Counted from the whole stretch's first letter, positions 12,975-24,233 are shown. The stretch: DNA of 62,998 nt, filler included, from Octopus bimaculoides (GCF_001194135.2; 5 parts of 5 records of this genome joined end to end with filler, not necessarily neighbours in it), one strand, 5' to 3'. Numbers and translations: made by a program. The notes: a model not told the origin generated them from the letters alone.

Positions 12975-13175
12975 TCGACCCCAGTGCTCAACTGGTAGTT
13001 ATTTTGTCGACCTCAAAAGAATGAAAGACAGAGTCGACTTTGGCAGTATTTCAACTCAGTACGTAAAGACGGGCGAAATACTGCGAAAGAGATTGGTAGG
13101 CGTTCAAACGTTTCTGCCAGTTCAGCGACTTACGTTGCTTTATAATATTAAAAATGGTTAATATTGTCAAAACCC
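12975..13175 (-). mobile_element. SINE family C (decayed)
   Basis: GACCCCAGTGCTCAACTGGTA...GTCGAC...CAAACGTTTCTGCCAG is antisense to the family C copy at 34513-34730. Confidence 0.6.
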
Positions 13176-15028
13176 TAAATAATTTTAAAATTTGACTCGG
13201 ATACTTTATAGTCTGAATGATCGAATATACGTTATTATATAGAACGTAATGCAATGATATAATGGTTATTCCATCATTCTATATTTTCCTTTTATCCCCA
13301 TTTCTTTCTTTTACTTTGTGTTCCTCTTGCACAAAATATCTAAATGAGAGGAAATATGTTAAAGAATATAAGTAGCAGAGTTTCTGAATGAAAGATGTAT
13401 TTTGAGCATTGGATAATTATTTTAAGAAAATAAGGTCTCTTTCAAAAGCTGAATTGCGTCTGATTAGACAAGTACCATTTTACGACTGTGCATTCTAATC
13501 AATAACATGATGCGAAAGGTTTGTCAATAACAATTAGGAACTTTTACAAACACAGTAAGGAACAGTGCCGATACGTCATCACTTTCTAAAAGAATCAATG
13601 TAGCGTCTACAACTATGATTATATAACCATATCTCTATGATTGCTATCAATAGCTGACGGCCATAGCGATAGTTGCGGCAAACCTAACAACATACCAGCT
13701 CTGGAGTATCAACGCTGATGACGTTTTTACCGGCCACTTTGTAATGAAATGATAAAAAGCAACCAACGAAATGTTTGCACCAGCGATCCAGGTACAGGCA
13801 TATATAACAGAAACTTCCTCCATCAGATCAAGAAAACCGTGAGACCACAATTTCCTTTACCCAGTTACATCGAATTCTATAATATTATAAATCAATTTAC
13901 TACTAGGTACAATTTACTTTGCGAACACGTAGAAACTTTCGAGTTGAGAGTACATGTGTGTGTTCGTTTTATGTGCATTCGTACATCATTGCAGACCCAT
14001 TTGCATGTCTCAACCCTGTTGCTCACAATCATTCACACTTTATCACTTGTTCATCATGCAGATTCACTTGCATGTAACGCTACATCATACACTTACGCAT
14101 ACTCATTTACTTACATACACTGACAGACACACAAAAAAATATATCTATATATACGGGATGTTGTCTTAGTGTCTGTATATGTACTTACAGATGGTATGCC
14201 CATTACCATCTTTTCATCTTCGTTCACATTATTTGTTTACGTCTGACATCTTGGATGCGAGACGTCGTAACAAAACTAAGCGCTGGCTATGATTTCTATA
14301 GAATATCTGTAGAGATAACAAGTAATGTGTAGCGCACTGCTTAAGCACTAAATCGCTGTGTTGACTTATAGAAACGTTTAATATTCTTCATAGTATATTA
14401 TGGTTGCATAACAAAACACTACGTACCTACAAACCATTAGTAGTACAGATATATGCGTACATCTTACAGAGGAACTTTGCCGAACATTGATTTCTCATAT
14501 GTACAATACACTAGTCACTTGTTTTCTGTTTATAGCCTTGATGTTCAAATCAGACATTCGTTTTATGCGTAACCTTAGCTTTATTTCATTATCGTCAATG
14601 AAGTTTGTCTGAGTTAAATGGATTTGCAGACCAGAGCCGATATATTGTTACCACTTTGTGATAGTAATAGCGTAAAACATATTTAACTGTTATTTCGTGT
14701 TCAGTCACGTTTGATAAATTTATTAGTCAGTATAATGCCATCAAAAATGAACTCATGCAATAAAGTTCGGAATATATAAAAACAATCTTAAATATCAAAA
14801 AAATTCGTTTCTAAATTATCTGCCTTTTTTGATTAAACGGAGAGACAAAACGATATATAAAGACCTATAGACAAACATACATATTATACGCAGCTCAAAT
14901 TCCATTTCTAACGAAGCATTTGCGCAAAGTTATTAAATATGTTTATATAGTGAAACATATAAAAATGAAAATTAATATACAAGACTTTTCAGACACGAAA
15001 CGAGAAACTGAATATCTCGGGACAGTCA

Positions 15029-15214
15029 ATGCTGTGTGGTAAGAAACCGATGCAGTGTGGTAAGACACCGATGCTGTGTGGTAAGAAACCGATGCTGTGT
15101 GGTAAGAAACCGATGCAGTGTGGTAAGAAACCGATGCTGTGTGGTAAGAAACCGATGCAGTGTGGTAAGAAACCGATGCAGTGTGGTAAGAAACCGATGC
15201 AGTGTGGTAAGAAG
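15029..15214. repeat. 21-bp minisatellite, ~9 units (ATGC[A/T]GTGTGGTAAGAAACCG)
   Basis: Directly visible tandem array; units differ at 1-2 positions; no spacers. Confidence 0.95.
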
Positions 15215-15288
15215 CTGATAGTTTAATCCTATTGATTCCGAGTTTAATCCTATTGCGTGTCGCCTCGAGCCGTGAATGCAATAGACAG

Positions 15289-15388
15289 NNNNNNNNNNNN
15301 NNNNNNNNNNNNNNNNNNNNNNNNNNNNNNNNTTAATTAATTAANNNNNNNNNNNNNNNNNNNNNNNNNNNNNNNNNNNNNNNNNNNN
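15289..15388. other. Artificial scaffold-join spacer 44N-TTAATTAATTAA-44N
   Basis: Exactly 100 bp; the identical construct recurs at 35246-35345, 57720-57819 and 61684-61783; the 12-mer has stops in all six frames. Confidence 0.9.
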
Positions 15389-15434
15389 TGTGTGCCGATA
15401 CACTCTTTCATTGTATTGCATTTTGTTTCACCAG

Positions 15435-15679
15435 TGATTGAAGAACAGAAAATGGTCATCCAGAAGGAAGCTGGAGAATTGCGCAATAATCTGCGTGAAG
15501 TAGAGAAAGCTCGTTTGGATGCACGTCGAGAATTGCAAGAGTTACGTCGCCAAGTGAAGTTGCTTGATGGTGAACGCAGCAAACTGGGTAAAGAAGTGAA
15601 TGAACTTCAGGCCAGAGTTTCCCGTGATGAGGAGCGAGAAGAGGAAACAAGGAAAGCTTCTTTTGACCTGAAACAGAAG
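15435..15679 (+). CDS. CROCC: Rootletin (ciliary rootlet coiled-coil protein), internal exon A
   Basis: ccag|TG ATT GAA...AAA CAG AAG|gtaaga; IEEQKMVIQKEAGELRNNLREVEKARLDARRELQELRRQVKLLDGERSKLGKEVNELQARVSRDEE aligns by eye to human rootletin LRRQMKMLDSENTRLGRELAELQGRL. Confidence 0.9.
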
Positions 15680-16284
15680 GTAAGAGCAAGATTTTATATG
15701 GCTATTGTCAGATATATATATATATCCAGTGGGTGAAGTACCAAATTATCATTTTAGGGGCTGTGAATTCACATTTTTTATCTTTGGTCAACACTTTTCA
15801 GTCTTTAACTCACTTGACATACCTGTGATAGACCAGCCCACCCACTATCTAGTAGGAGGTGTGTCTGTTACCTGTTTAATACAACAGAAACCAGAACTGA
15901 GCCCACGGATTACAGATCCTAACAAGGTACCATATTTGATGGGCATAAAAGACACACAAGCATATTAGATGCAAACCAGTTTCTGCAGGACATATTCAAG
16001 AAAAAAAAGGGTTTTACTTCATTAAAGTTTTTATGGGGAGCCTAACTTCTCATAAAGAACCCAAGGTTTTTTTTTGGGGGGGGGTCCCTTTAAGATATTT
16101 TTCTGGGGGAAAAAGTGCATCTTATATGCCACTAAATATAGTAGTTATCCCCTGTATAAGCATTTGGAGCTTTTTTTTTTAATTTTTTTTCCCCAAAGAA
16201 TTAATCCCATAAAATGGCTTAAACCCCACCACCACCACCTGCCAACAAGAAATGACTTCTCTTCTTATATTTACAATTATACAC

Positions 16285-16440
16285 AAGCACCCACTACACT
16301 CTTGGAGTGGGAAGGGCATCCAGCCGCAGAAACATTGCAAGATCGGATTGGAGCCTGGTGCAGCCTTCTGGCTCACCAGCCCTCCATCAAACCATCCAAC
16401 CCGTGCCAGCATGGAAAGCGAACGTTAAATGATGATGATG
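16285..16440 (-). mobile_element. Interspersed repeat family D, (CAT)n-flanked
   Basis: Antisense to CATCATTTAACGT...CATGCTGGCATGGGTTGGA...GGATGCCCTTCC; other copies at 20067-20560, 23578-23840, 25800-26050, 30754-31090. Confidence 0.7.
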
Positions 16441-16483
16441 GTGGTGGTGGTGGTGGTGATAATGATGCACAAGTTATCATTAA

Positions 16484-16703
16484 CCCTTAAGCATTTGAAC
16501 CAGCCATAGCCAGCCCAAATATTCTCCCTGTTTTATGTCCAGACTGGTCGGGTCTGACCTCTCACAACAACCCTACAATATCATTCAGAAAATTAATGGC
16601 TACCTCATCAAAATCTCAAAGCTACAAGATAATGCATGATTAATTTAAAACAATGCGAGTAAATAAACATTATTTTTGACAGACTAATCTGAATGCTAAA
16701 GGG
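16484..16703. mobile_element. piggyBac-like MITE (220 bp), family E
   Basis: TTAA|CCCTTAAGCATT ... AATGCTAAAGGG|TTAA: 12-bp TIR with 1 mismatch and a TTAA duplication on both sides; partial inverted copies at ~18330-18510, ~18890-19074, ~23860-24004. Confidence 0.8.
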
Positions 16704-17215
16704 TTAAACAACTGTTTCTGAAAAACAAAAGTTTGAGAAAGAATTGTTTCGTGCAACTGGAAAACAGATGTTAAATGTGGATGATGATGATGACGATGTA
16801 TTATTAAGATGCCATTGTCATTAAATGATGCTTAATTAAAATTTACTGAAGAATTTTAGGAATGTTTAGTAAATGTTAGAAAAAAATGGGATAAAAAATA
16901 TTTAAGAAGAAAATTTAAAGTATTAATTTTATTTCATTGTAGTTTGTGAAATCATTGTTTTAATTATATCTTATTGTAGTTTGATAAATAAATGTTTTAA
17001 TTTAACTTCATTGTAATTCGTTAAATAGTTTTAATTTTATTTCAATTTAGTTAGTTAAATATAAATATTTATTTTAATTTTATTTCATTGTAATTTGTTA
17101 AATAATAGTTTTAATTTATTTCAATTCTTTTAGTTAAATATTTATTTTAATTTCATTTCATTGTATTTTGATAAATAAATATTTAAACTTTTCTTTTAAA
17201 TATTTTGCTGTACAG

Positions 17216-17648
17216 GTTGTAGAAACTGAAGCTAGTCGGGAAGCTCTCCGTAAAGAATTGGCTAACGTCCAGAGGAAGATGGCTGAAATCCAGGATGAAT
17301 ATCGTCTGAAGGAGAAGAATTTCATGATAACACTTGAAGACAGCAGCCACACTGAGAAGAAACTTGAAGACCAAAAGAAGAACCTCGAAGTGATGCTTGA
17401 CAACACCAACAGTGAATTATCAGAACTTCGTCTCAAGTTGAGTGGTGCCGAGGGTAGAGTAAATGCTCTTGAAACCCAACTGTCACGTCTTGAAGGGGCC
17501 AAGAGAGATGTGGAATACAAAATGAGCAGCATTGTATCTTCTCTGCGCCGAACTATTGGCTTTAAACAAGATGCAACCAATCCTATTAACATGTTTCGTT
17601 CTCGCAGTCCAAGCCCTCGTCGATCTCGCCCTATATCACCAACCAAAG
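17216..17648 (+). CDS. CROCC: Rootletin internal exon B
   Basis: tacag|GTT GTA GAA...AAA G|gttagt; phase 0 in matches exon A; LSELRLKLSGAEGRVNALETQLSRLE resembles human AAELGLRLSAAEGRAQGLEAELARVE. Confidence 0.92.
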
Positions 17649-17726
17649 GTTAGTTGGTTTTGGCATCTGTAAAAATATTATCTGATTTCATTTTCTGCTT
17701 TGTTTGTTTTTTCTTTTTATTCACGA

Positions 17727-18025
17727 GCATGGCTGTGTGGTTAAGAAATTTGCCTGTCAACCATGAGGTCTTGGGGTCGGTCTCATTGCACAGCATCTTG
17801 GGCAAGTGTTTCCTGCTGTAACCCTGAGTTGACTGATGCCTTGTAGACAGAAACTTTGGAATCTCAGTGTGTGTGTATGTATATATATATATATATATAT
17901 GGGCTTCAGTTTCTGCCTACTAAACTCACCCAGAAGGCATTGGTTGACCCCTAGGGTTATGGTGGAAGACAATTGACCAAGGTGATACACCGCAGGATTG
18001 AACCATCCTGCCATGCCTGCGCCTG
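17727..18025. mobile_element. Two decayed family B SINE 5' halves in inverted orientation around a (TG)/(TA) tract
   Basis: Plus copy ~17727-17865 and minus copy ~17900-18025. Confidence 0.6.
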
Positions 18026-18115
18026 TATATTTCTAAGCATAAATTCTGGAAAGGAGTTATGGCCCCGTCCTAGAAAGCAGCAACAGTTGTGATGCACCTA
18101 ATAAATGCTGTATCT

Positions 18116-18164
18116 AGGGTTGTGGAGTCGGAGTCGAAGTTTTTTGTTTCAACTCCATAGTCCT
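18116..18164. mobile_element. Very short internally deleted TIR element remnant
   Basis: AGGGTTGTGGAGTC ... AACTCCATAGTCCT imperfect inverted ends ~50 bp apart. Confidence 0.3.
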
Positions 18165-18604
18165 CCACGTATCAGTCAGCAGTGTAGAGTCCACATGATT
18201 AGGATGACAACAGATTAACATCTTAATCCAGTGGGAAACATAGATGTCTCTCATCATCCTGTGGACTGGTCTGGTACCAACACTTTCTCCTTATAACTAA
18301 ATAAGAGATGATCCTTCAGTCACATGTGATGCTTATTTATTCAGATTGTTTTGAATCAATCACACATTGTCTCATAACTTTGAGATTTCAACGATGTGAT
18401 TGTACATTTTTAGAAAGGCATTGTAGGATTAGTATAAGAGACCAGATATGGCCAGCTTGAACATAAAACAGGTAAAATATTTGGATCCTGGATATGATTG
18501 GTTTAAATGGTTAAGGAATATATACATATATATATGTAGGTAGGTATAACCCTTTAGCCTTCACTTCGCTCCTCTGTTGAATGTAAAAAACAAAAAAACA
18601 TGGG

Positions 18605-18879
18605 GTTAAAAGAGTAAAGACCTCCGTGGTCATGAATGTTGGTCTAGAAAGTTTCCCTTCAAGGCACAAGTTAGCCTCTCCTCTCCATGCCACCAGTGTT
18701 ATCCGAGGGAAAGGCAAAGGCCGATACAGCTTGGCACCTGTGATGCTGCAACTCATTTCTATAGATGAGTGAAATAAAGTGTCTTGCTCAAGAACACAGC
18801 ACACAGCCCAATCCAGGAATCGAACTCACTTCCTCATGATTGTGGGTTCGATGCTCTAACCACTGAGCCATGCACCATC
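18605..18879 (-). mobile_element. tRNA-headed SINE, head-2 with a distinct 3' module
   Basis: Minus strand TGGCTCAGTGGTTAGAGC...GAGTTCGATTCC then GTGTTCTTGAGCAAGACACT; the 3' part differs from family A. Confidence 0.65.
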
Positions 18880-19169
18880 AAATATAATGATTATTCATTC
18901 ACATTGTTTTCAGTTAATCATGCATTATCTTGCAGCTTTGAGATTTTAATGATGTGATTGTTTATTTTTAGAATGACGTTGTAGGGTAAGTGTGAGAGGC
19001 CAGATATGGCCAGTTTGGACTTGAAACAGGGAGAATATTTTTGGCTGGATGTGGCTGGTTTGAATGTTAAAGGGTTAAACAAAGACCTTTGATGATGATA
19101 TTTAGGCAAAAGCAGTTCTAACCCTAAATCCTAATCCTCAGAATTAAACTCCCATTTTGTTCTTTTAAT

Positions 19170-19568
19170 TGTTTCAGTCGTTGGACTGTGGCCATGCTGT
19201 AGCATCACCTTGAAGGCTTTAGTTAGACAAATCAACCCCAGGAATTGTTTTCTTAAAAGTCTGGTGCTTATTCTGTCAGTCATTTTTGCCAACACACTTG
19301 ATTACAGGGACATAAACAAACCAGCACCTGTTGTCAAGTGGTGGGTGGGAAGAGGCCTAACACAAAGACACATGCATATATATAAATATATGTGTGTGTT
19401 TGTATATGTATACACATACAATAGGCTTCACCTAGTTTCCATCTACAGAATTCATTCACAAGGCATTGGTCAGCCTAAGTCTACCTAGGCTGCCACACTG
19501 TGGATTGAACTTGGAACCACATGTTTGCAAATTGAGCTTTTTAACCACACAGCTATGCCTGCACCTAG
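19170..19568 (-). mobile_element. SINE family B (decayed, full length)
   Basis: TTGTTTCAGTC...GGCCATGCTG...TTAACCACACAGC is antisense to 3531-3930. Confidence 0.7.
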
Positions 19569-19639
19569 CCATGTAAAACATTTTTGTTTTATTTATTTTT
19601 TTTTTCTAACTACTGTATTTTTTTTTTCTTCCGATTCAG

Positions 19640-19872
19640 GTTTTGATAATACTTTTGCTACTACTACTGCTGAAGGCCGTGGCACACCTATTCCTCGCAC
19701 TGGATCTCCCGAACGCTCTCAAAGTCCTGCTGCCAGACCATTTTCCAGAAATATGTCTCCAAACCGAATGGATTCCAATTCCCTCGTACAAGCTGCCAAT
19801 GTTGACCCTGAGCTGGTCCGTCGAGCACTCAGAGATTTTGTTCAACAACTTACTAAAGCAGAGAAAGATAGA
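19640..19872 (+). CDS. CROCC: Rootletin internal exon C (Ser/Pro-rich linker and start of next coil)
   Basis: ttcag|GT TTT GAT...GAT AGA|gtgagt; phase 1 in matches exon B; VDPELVRRALRDFVQQLTKAEKDR resembles human LDPEAVRGALREFLQELRSAQRER. Confidence 0.92.
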
Positions 19873-19924
19873 GTGAGTTTGGGAAATTTTTTTACATTTG
19901 ATACTTTAATGTATTTCTCACCCA

Positions 19925-20560
19925 ATCCACCCTGAAAAGTGGCTGGCATTTGGAAGGACACCCAGTCGTAGAAACCAGGTTAAAACAGACTGCAGGGTTT
20001 GGTTCTATCTTCTGACTTGCCAGTTCCTTCCTGTTGAACCATCCAGCCCATAGCAGCACAGAAAACAAATCATCATCATTTAACGTCCCTTGTCCATGTT
20101 GGCGTGGGTTGGATGGTTTGACCAAAGCTGGTAAGCTGGAAGGCTGTACCAGACCCCAGTCTGATTTGGCAGGGTTTTCTACAGTTGGATGCCCTTCTTA
20201 ACGTCAACCACTTTACAGGGTGTAATGGATGCTTTTTCCATGCCACCAGCATGACTGCAATTTTACTTGATTTGTTGGGTTTCTTTCTCAAGCATGGCAT
20301 ATTGCCAAAGGTCTCGGTCGTTTGTCATTGCCTCTGTGAAGTCCAATACTCAAAAGGTGTTTTTCACGTGCCACCGGCATCGACCACCTTGGCTCCGTGA
20401 GGCCCAATGCTCAAAAGGTGCTTTTTACATGCCACTGGTGTGGGTACCAGCTATACGACACCAGCATCAGCCATGACTATGGTTTCACTTGGCTTGACCG
20501 ATCTTCTCAAGCACAGCATATCGACAAAGTCATTGCCTTCGTGGGGCCCAAATGATGACA
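19925..20560. mobile_element. Inverted pair of family D repeats
   Basis: Minus copy ~19925-20062 abuts plus copy ~20067-20560 at a shared CATCATCAT tract. Confidence 0.65.
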
Positions 20561-21052
20561 ACAACGATTGAGCCTGAACCCAGAACCATGTAGTTGGGAA
20601 ACAAACTTCTGACCACGTATTTTAAATCCCTCTTTCTCTCCCTCTCTCTTCCTCCCACACCAAAGCTTTCATAACTTTTCCTCTAATAGAAGCATTCATA
20701 TCCTTCAACAGCAAAAAAGAAAAAAATCTATATTTTCATCAAATTTCTTTATCTTCATCCAGGCTGATCTTTTTGCTATAAAACATCAGAAACACATAAT
20801 CCGTGATTTATTGGCTAAATTATGTCATCTAATCTATTAAGACTTTTCTCGTTTTATATAGTTTTCCATCTTTTGGTGGTGGTGGGAAGGGGGTTCCTTT
20901 TTGTTTTTATTTCTTTTTCTTTCTGATGTTGTTGTTGTTGTTGTTGCTGTCTGCTTTTGTTGTTGCCTTCTAACTGCTGAAGGTTTTTTTGTGTTTCTTT
21001 TCTCCTTTTTTTTTTTATTTGTCTTTATCTGTTTCTTATCCATTTGTTAAAG

Positions 21053-21173
21053 GATGATGCTTTGGCCCATGTTCGAAGTCTTGAGACACAGATGGAAGAC
21101 AGTGAGGAGTCACGTAACCAGATAGAATCACGTCTCAGACAACTTCAGAAGTCATTAATGGAAGTGGAAGAAG
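21053..21173 (+). CDS. CROCC: Rootletin internal exon D
   Basis: ttaaag|GAT GAT GCT...GAA GAA G|gtaaat; phase 0 in matches exon C; SRLRQLQKSLMEVEE resembles human SRARQLQKAVAESEE. Confidence 0.88.
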
Positions 21174-21199
21174 GTAAATGCACAAACTGGTTTCTTCTT

Positions 21200-21202
21200 C
21201 TC

Positions 21203-21247
<45 letters not shown>

Positions 21248-21675
21248 TGCACACTCACTCTCTCTCCCTCTCACATACCCACACTCACTCTCTTTCTCTC
21301 TCTCACACATACACACACTCTCTCTCTCTCTCACATACACACACTCTCTCTCTCTCACATACACACTCACTCTCTTTCTCTCTCATACACACACACTCTC
21401 TCTCTCACACATACACACTCTCTCTCTCTCTCTCGCATATACACACACACTCTCTCTCTCTCTCTCGCATATACACACTCTCTCTCTCTCGCATACACAC
21501 ACTCTCTCTCTCTCTCTCTCTCGCATATACACACACACTCTCTCTCTCTCGCATATACACACACACTCTCTCTCTCTCACATACACACACACACACGCTC
21601 TCACATACATGCACACAATCTCTATCTCATACACATACACTCTCTCTCTTACACAAACACACAGACACATACACA

Positions 21676-21710
<35 letters not shown>

Positions 21711-21722
21711 TCTCTCTCTCTA
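21200..21722. repeat. Compound (CT)n/(CA)n microsatellite with higher-order ~25-30 bp periodicity
   Basis: Recurrent unit (CT)n-CGCATATA-(CA)n. Confidence 0.9.
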
Positions 21723-21885
21723 GCAGAATCCTTAACACACTGGACGAAATGCTTAGCAGCATTTCATCCGTCTTTACATTCTGAGTTCAAATTCCTCTTG
21801 GGGTCAACTTTCCCTTCAATCCTCTTGGGGTCAATGAAATAAGTACCAGTCGTGTACCCTGTGTGTGTGTTTGTGTGTATCTTAC

Positions 21886-22258
21886 TTGTTTCAGCCATAG
21901 ATTGTGGTCATGCTGGAGCACTACCTTGAGGAATTTTTAGTCAATTTAAATCACAAGACTTTTTTTTTTCGAGCCTGGTACTTATTCTATCAGTCTGTTT
22001 TGTCAAACTGTTAAGTTACAGAGACTTAAAAATATCAATACTGGTGCGGAACAAGCACAGACACAAAGACACGTACTCACACACACACATATATATATAC
22101 AACGGGTTTCTTTCAGTTTCCTTATACTGAATTCACTCACAAGGCCTTGGTTGACCCAAGACTATATTAGAAGACATTTGCCCAAGGTGCCATGCAGTGG
22201 GACTGAACCCAGAGCCATGTGGTTGGCAAGCATGCTTCTTACCACCTACATACATGCA
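21886..22258 (-). mobile_element. SINE family B (decayed)
   Basis: CTTGTTTCAGCCA...GGAGCACT...TTCAGTTTCC...GGACTGAACCC is antisense to 3531-3930. Confidence 0.7.
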
Positions 22259-23335
22259 TAAATGAATTAACAAACCCATATAAACCACTAGNNNNNNNNN
22301 NNNNNNNNNNNNNNNNNNNNNNNNNNNNNNNNNNNNNNNNNNNNNNNNNNNNNNNNNNNNNNNNNNNNNNNNNNNNNNNNNNNNNNNNNNNNNNNNNNNN
22401 NNNNNNNNNNNNNNNNNNNNNNNNNNNNNNNNNNNNNNNNNNNNNNNNNNNNNNNNNNNNNNNNNNNNNNNNNNNNNNNNNNNNNNNNNNNNNNNNNNNN
22501 NNNNNNNNNNNNNNNNNNNNNNNNNNNNNNNNNNNNNNNNNNNNNNNNNNNNNNNNNNNNNNNNNNNNNNNNNNNNNNNNNNNNNNNNNNNNNNNNNNNN
22601 NNNNNNNNNNNNNNNNNNNNNNNNNNNNNNNNNNNNNNNNNNNNNNNNNNNNNNNNNNNNNNNNNNNNNNNNNNNNNNNNNNNNNNNNNNNNNNNNNNNN
22701 NNNNNNNNNNNNNNNNNNNNNNNNNNNNNNNNNNNNNNNNNNNNNNNNNNNNNNNNNNNNNNNNNNNNAATGCTTATCAAGTGGTTTTAGTCACGGTCTT
22801 CTCTTGGCTTGATGTTTTGGTATTTGATATTTTGCCATATCAAATGTGTCTGTAATGTTCGTCAGATGAAGGGAAACAGACAGAGTGAAAGTAGATGAGT
22901 GGAAATCGAACGAGTGAGTGTGTTAATTAATAAGGCGTTAAAACAGAATGACTTTTCCCAGACACAACAAAATATGCTTCAACACATGAATTCACATAAA
23001 GAATCTTGCAAACCAAATACAAAAACAAGATATTNNNNNNNNNNCGTTAAACGATGATGATGATGATGATGATGATATATAATATAATATATATATATAT
23101 AGTAGCCTAACCAGATATGTTCGTGACATGCAACTTGTGTAACAGACATGTCTTTTCGTTGGGTTTATTAATGATTAATATGACTCCATTTCTAATTAAT
23201 CTGAAAGTACTCAGCTTCATATCTTGTTTTATTTTTTTGATGTCTTGTTGTTTATTAACTCTCAAAATAAACTTGTTCTGTGTGTGTGTGTATGTGTGTT
23301 GTTGGTGGTACCTTATTAAGCCAGTGATCCTGTGG

Positions 23336-23532
23336 AACAATTAGCATGCTGGGCAAAATGCTAAGTGGCATTTTGTCTGTCCTTATGTTCTGAGTTCAAA
23401 TTCCACCTAGATTGACTTTGCTTTTCATCCTTCCAGGGTCGATGAATTAAGTACCAGTTAAACACTGGGGTTGACATAATCAACTTATCACCTCCCATGA
23501 AATTACTGGCCTTGTGCCAAAATTTGAAATCA
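23336..23532 (+). mobile_element. SINE family C
   Basis: TTAGCATGCTGGGCAAAATGC...GAGTTCAAATTCC...AAGTACCAGTT...GGCCTTGTGCC. Confidence 0.7.
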
Positions 23533-24233
23533 TTATTAACCCTTCAATGTTCAAATTACTCTTCCAAATGTAAAGCTTCATCATCATCATCATTTAACAT
23601 CCGTTGTCCTTGTTGACATGGATTGGATGGTTTGACCAGGGCTGGCATGCTGGAAGGCTGCACCAGACTCCAGTTTGATTTGGCATGGTTTCTATGGCTG
23701 GATGCCCTTCCTAACAGCAACCACTCTGAGATGGGTGCTTTTGCATGACACTGGTATCTGCCACAACTGCGATTTTGCTTGGCTTTGTGGGTCTTCTTCT
23801 CAAGCATGACATAATGCCAGAGGTCTCGCTCATTGCCTCTCTGATGTATTTATTCATATTGTTTATTCATATTTATTCATATTGTCTCTTAGCTTTAAGA
23901 TGACATTGTAGGGTAGGTATAAGAGGTCAGACCTAACCAGTTTGATTTTAAAACAAAAGGCATATTTGGGCCAGATATGGCTGGTTTAAATGCTGAAGGA
24001 TTANNNNNNNNNNNNNNNNNNNNNNNNNNNNNNNNNNNNNNNNNNNNNNNNNNNNNNNNNNNNNNNNNNNNNNNNNNNNNNNNNNNNNNNNNNNNNNNNN
24101 NNNNNNNNNNNNNNNNNNNNNNNNNNNNNNNNNNNNNNNNNNNNNNNNNNNNNNNNNNNNNNNNNNNNNNNNNNNNNNNNNNNNNNNNNNNNNNNNNNNN
24201 NNNNNNNNNNNNNNNNNNNNNNNNNNNNNNNNN

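Noticed and set aside
15029-15214. CRISPR-like regular repeat
   Set aside because: Units are contiguous with no unique spacers, there are no cas genes and the context is eukaryotic.
15333-15344. TTAATTAATTAA motif recurring four times
   Set aside because: Always centred in exactly 44N+12+44N; an assembly spacer, not biology.
21044-21784. 246-aa ORF and the many poly-I/L/S/H, YI-, CV- and TH-repeat ORFs across the window
   Set aside because: Read-through into microsatellites or N runs; only 21053-21173 of this ORF is exon.
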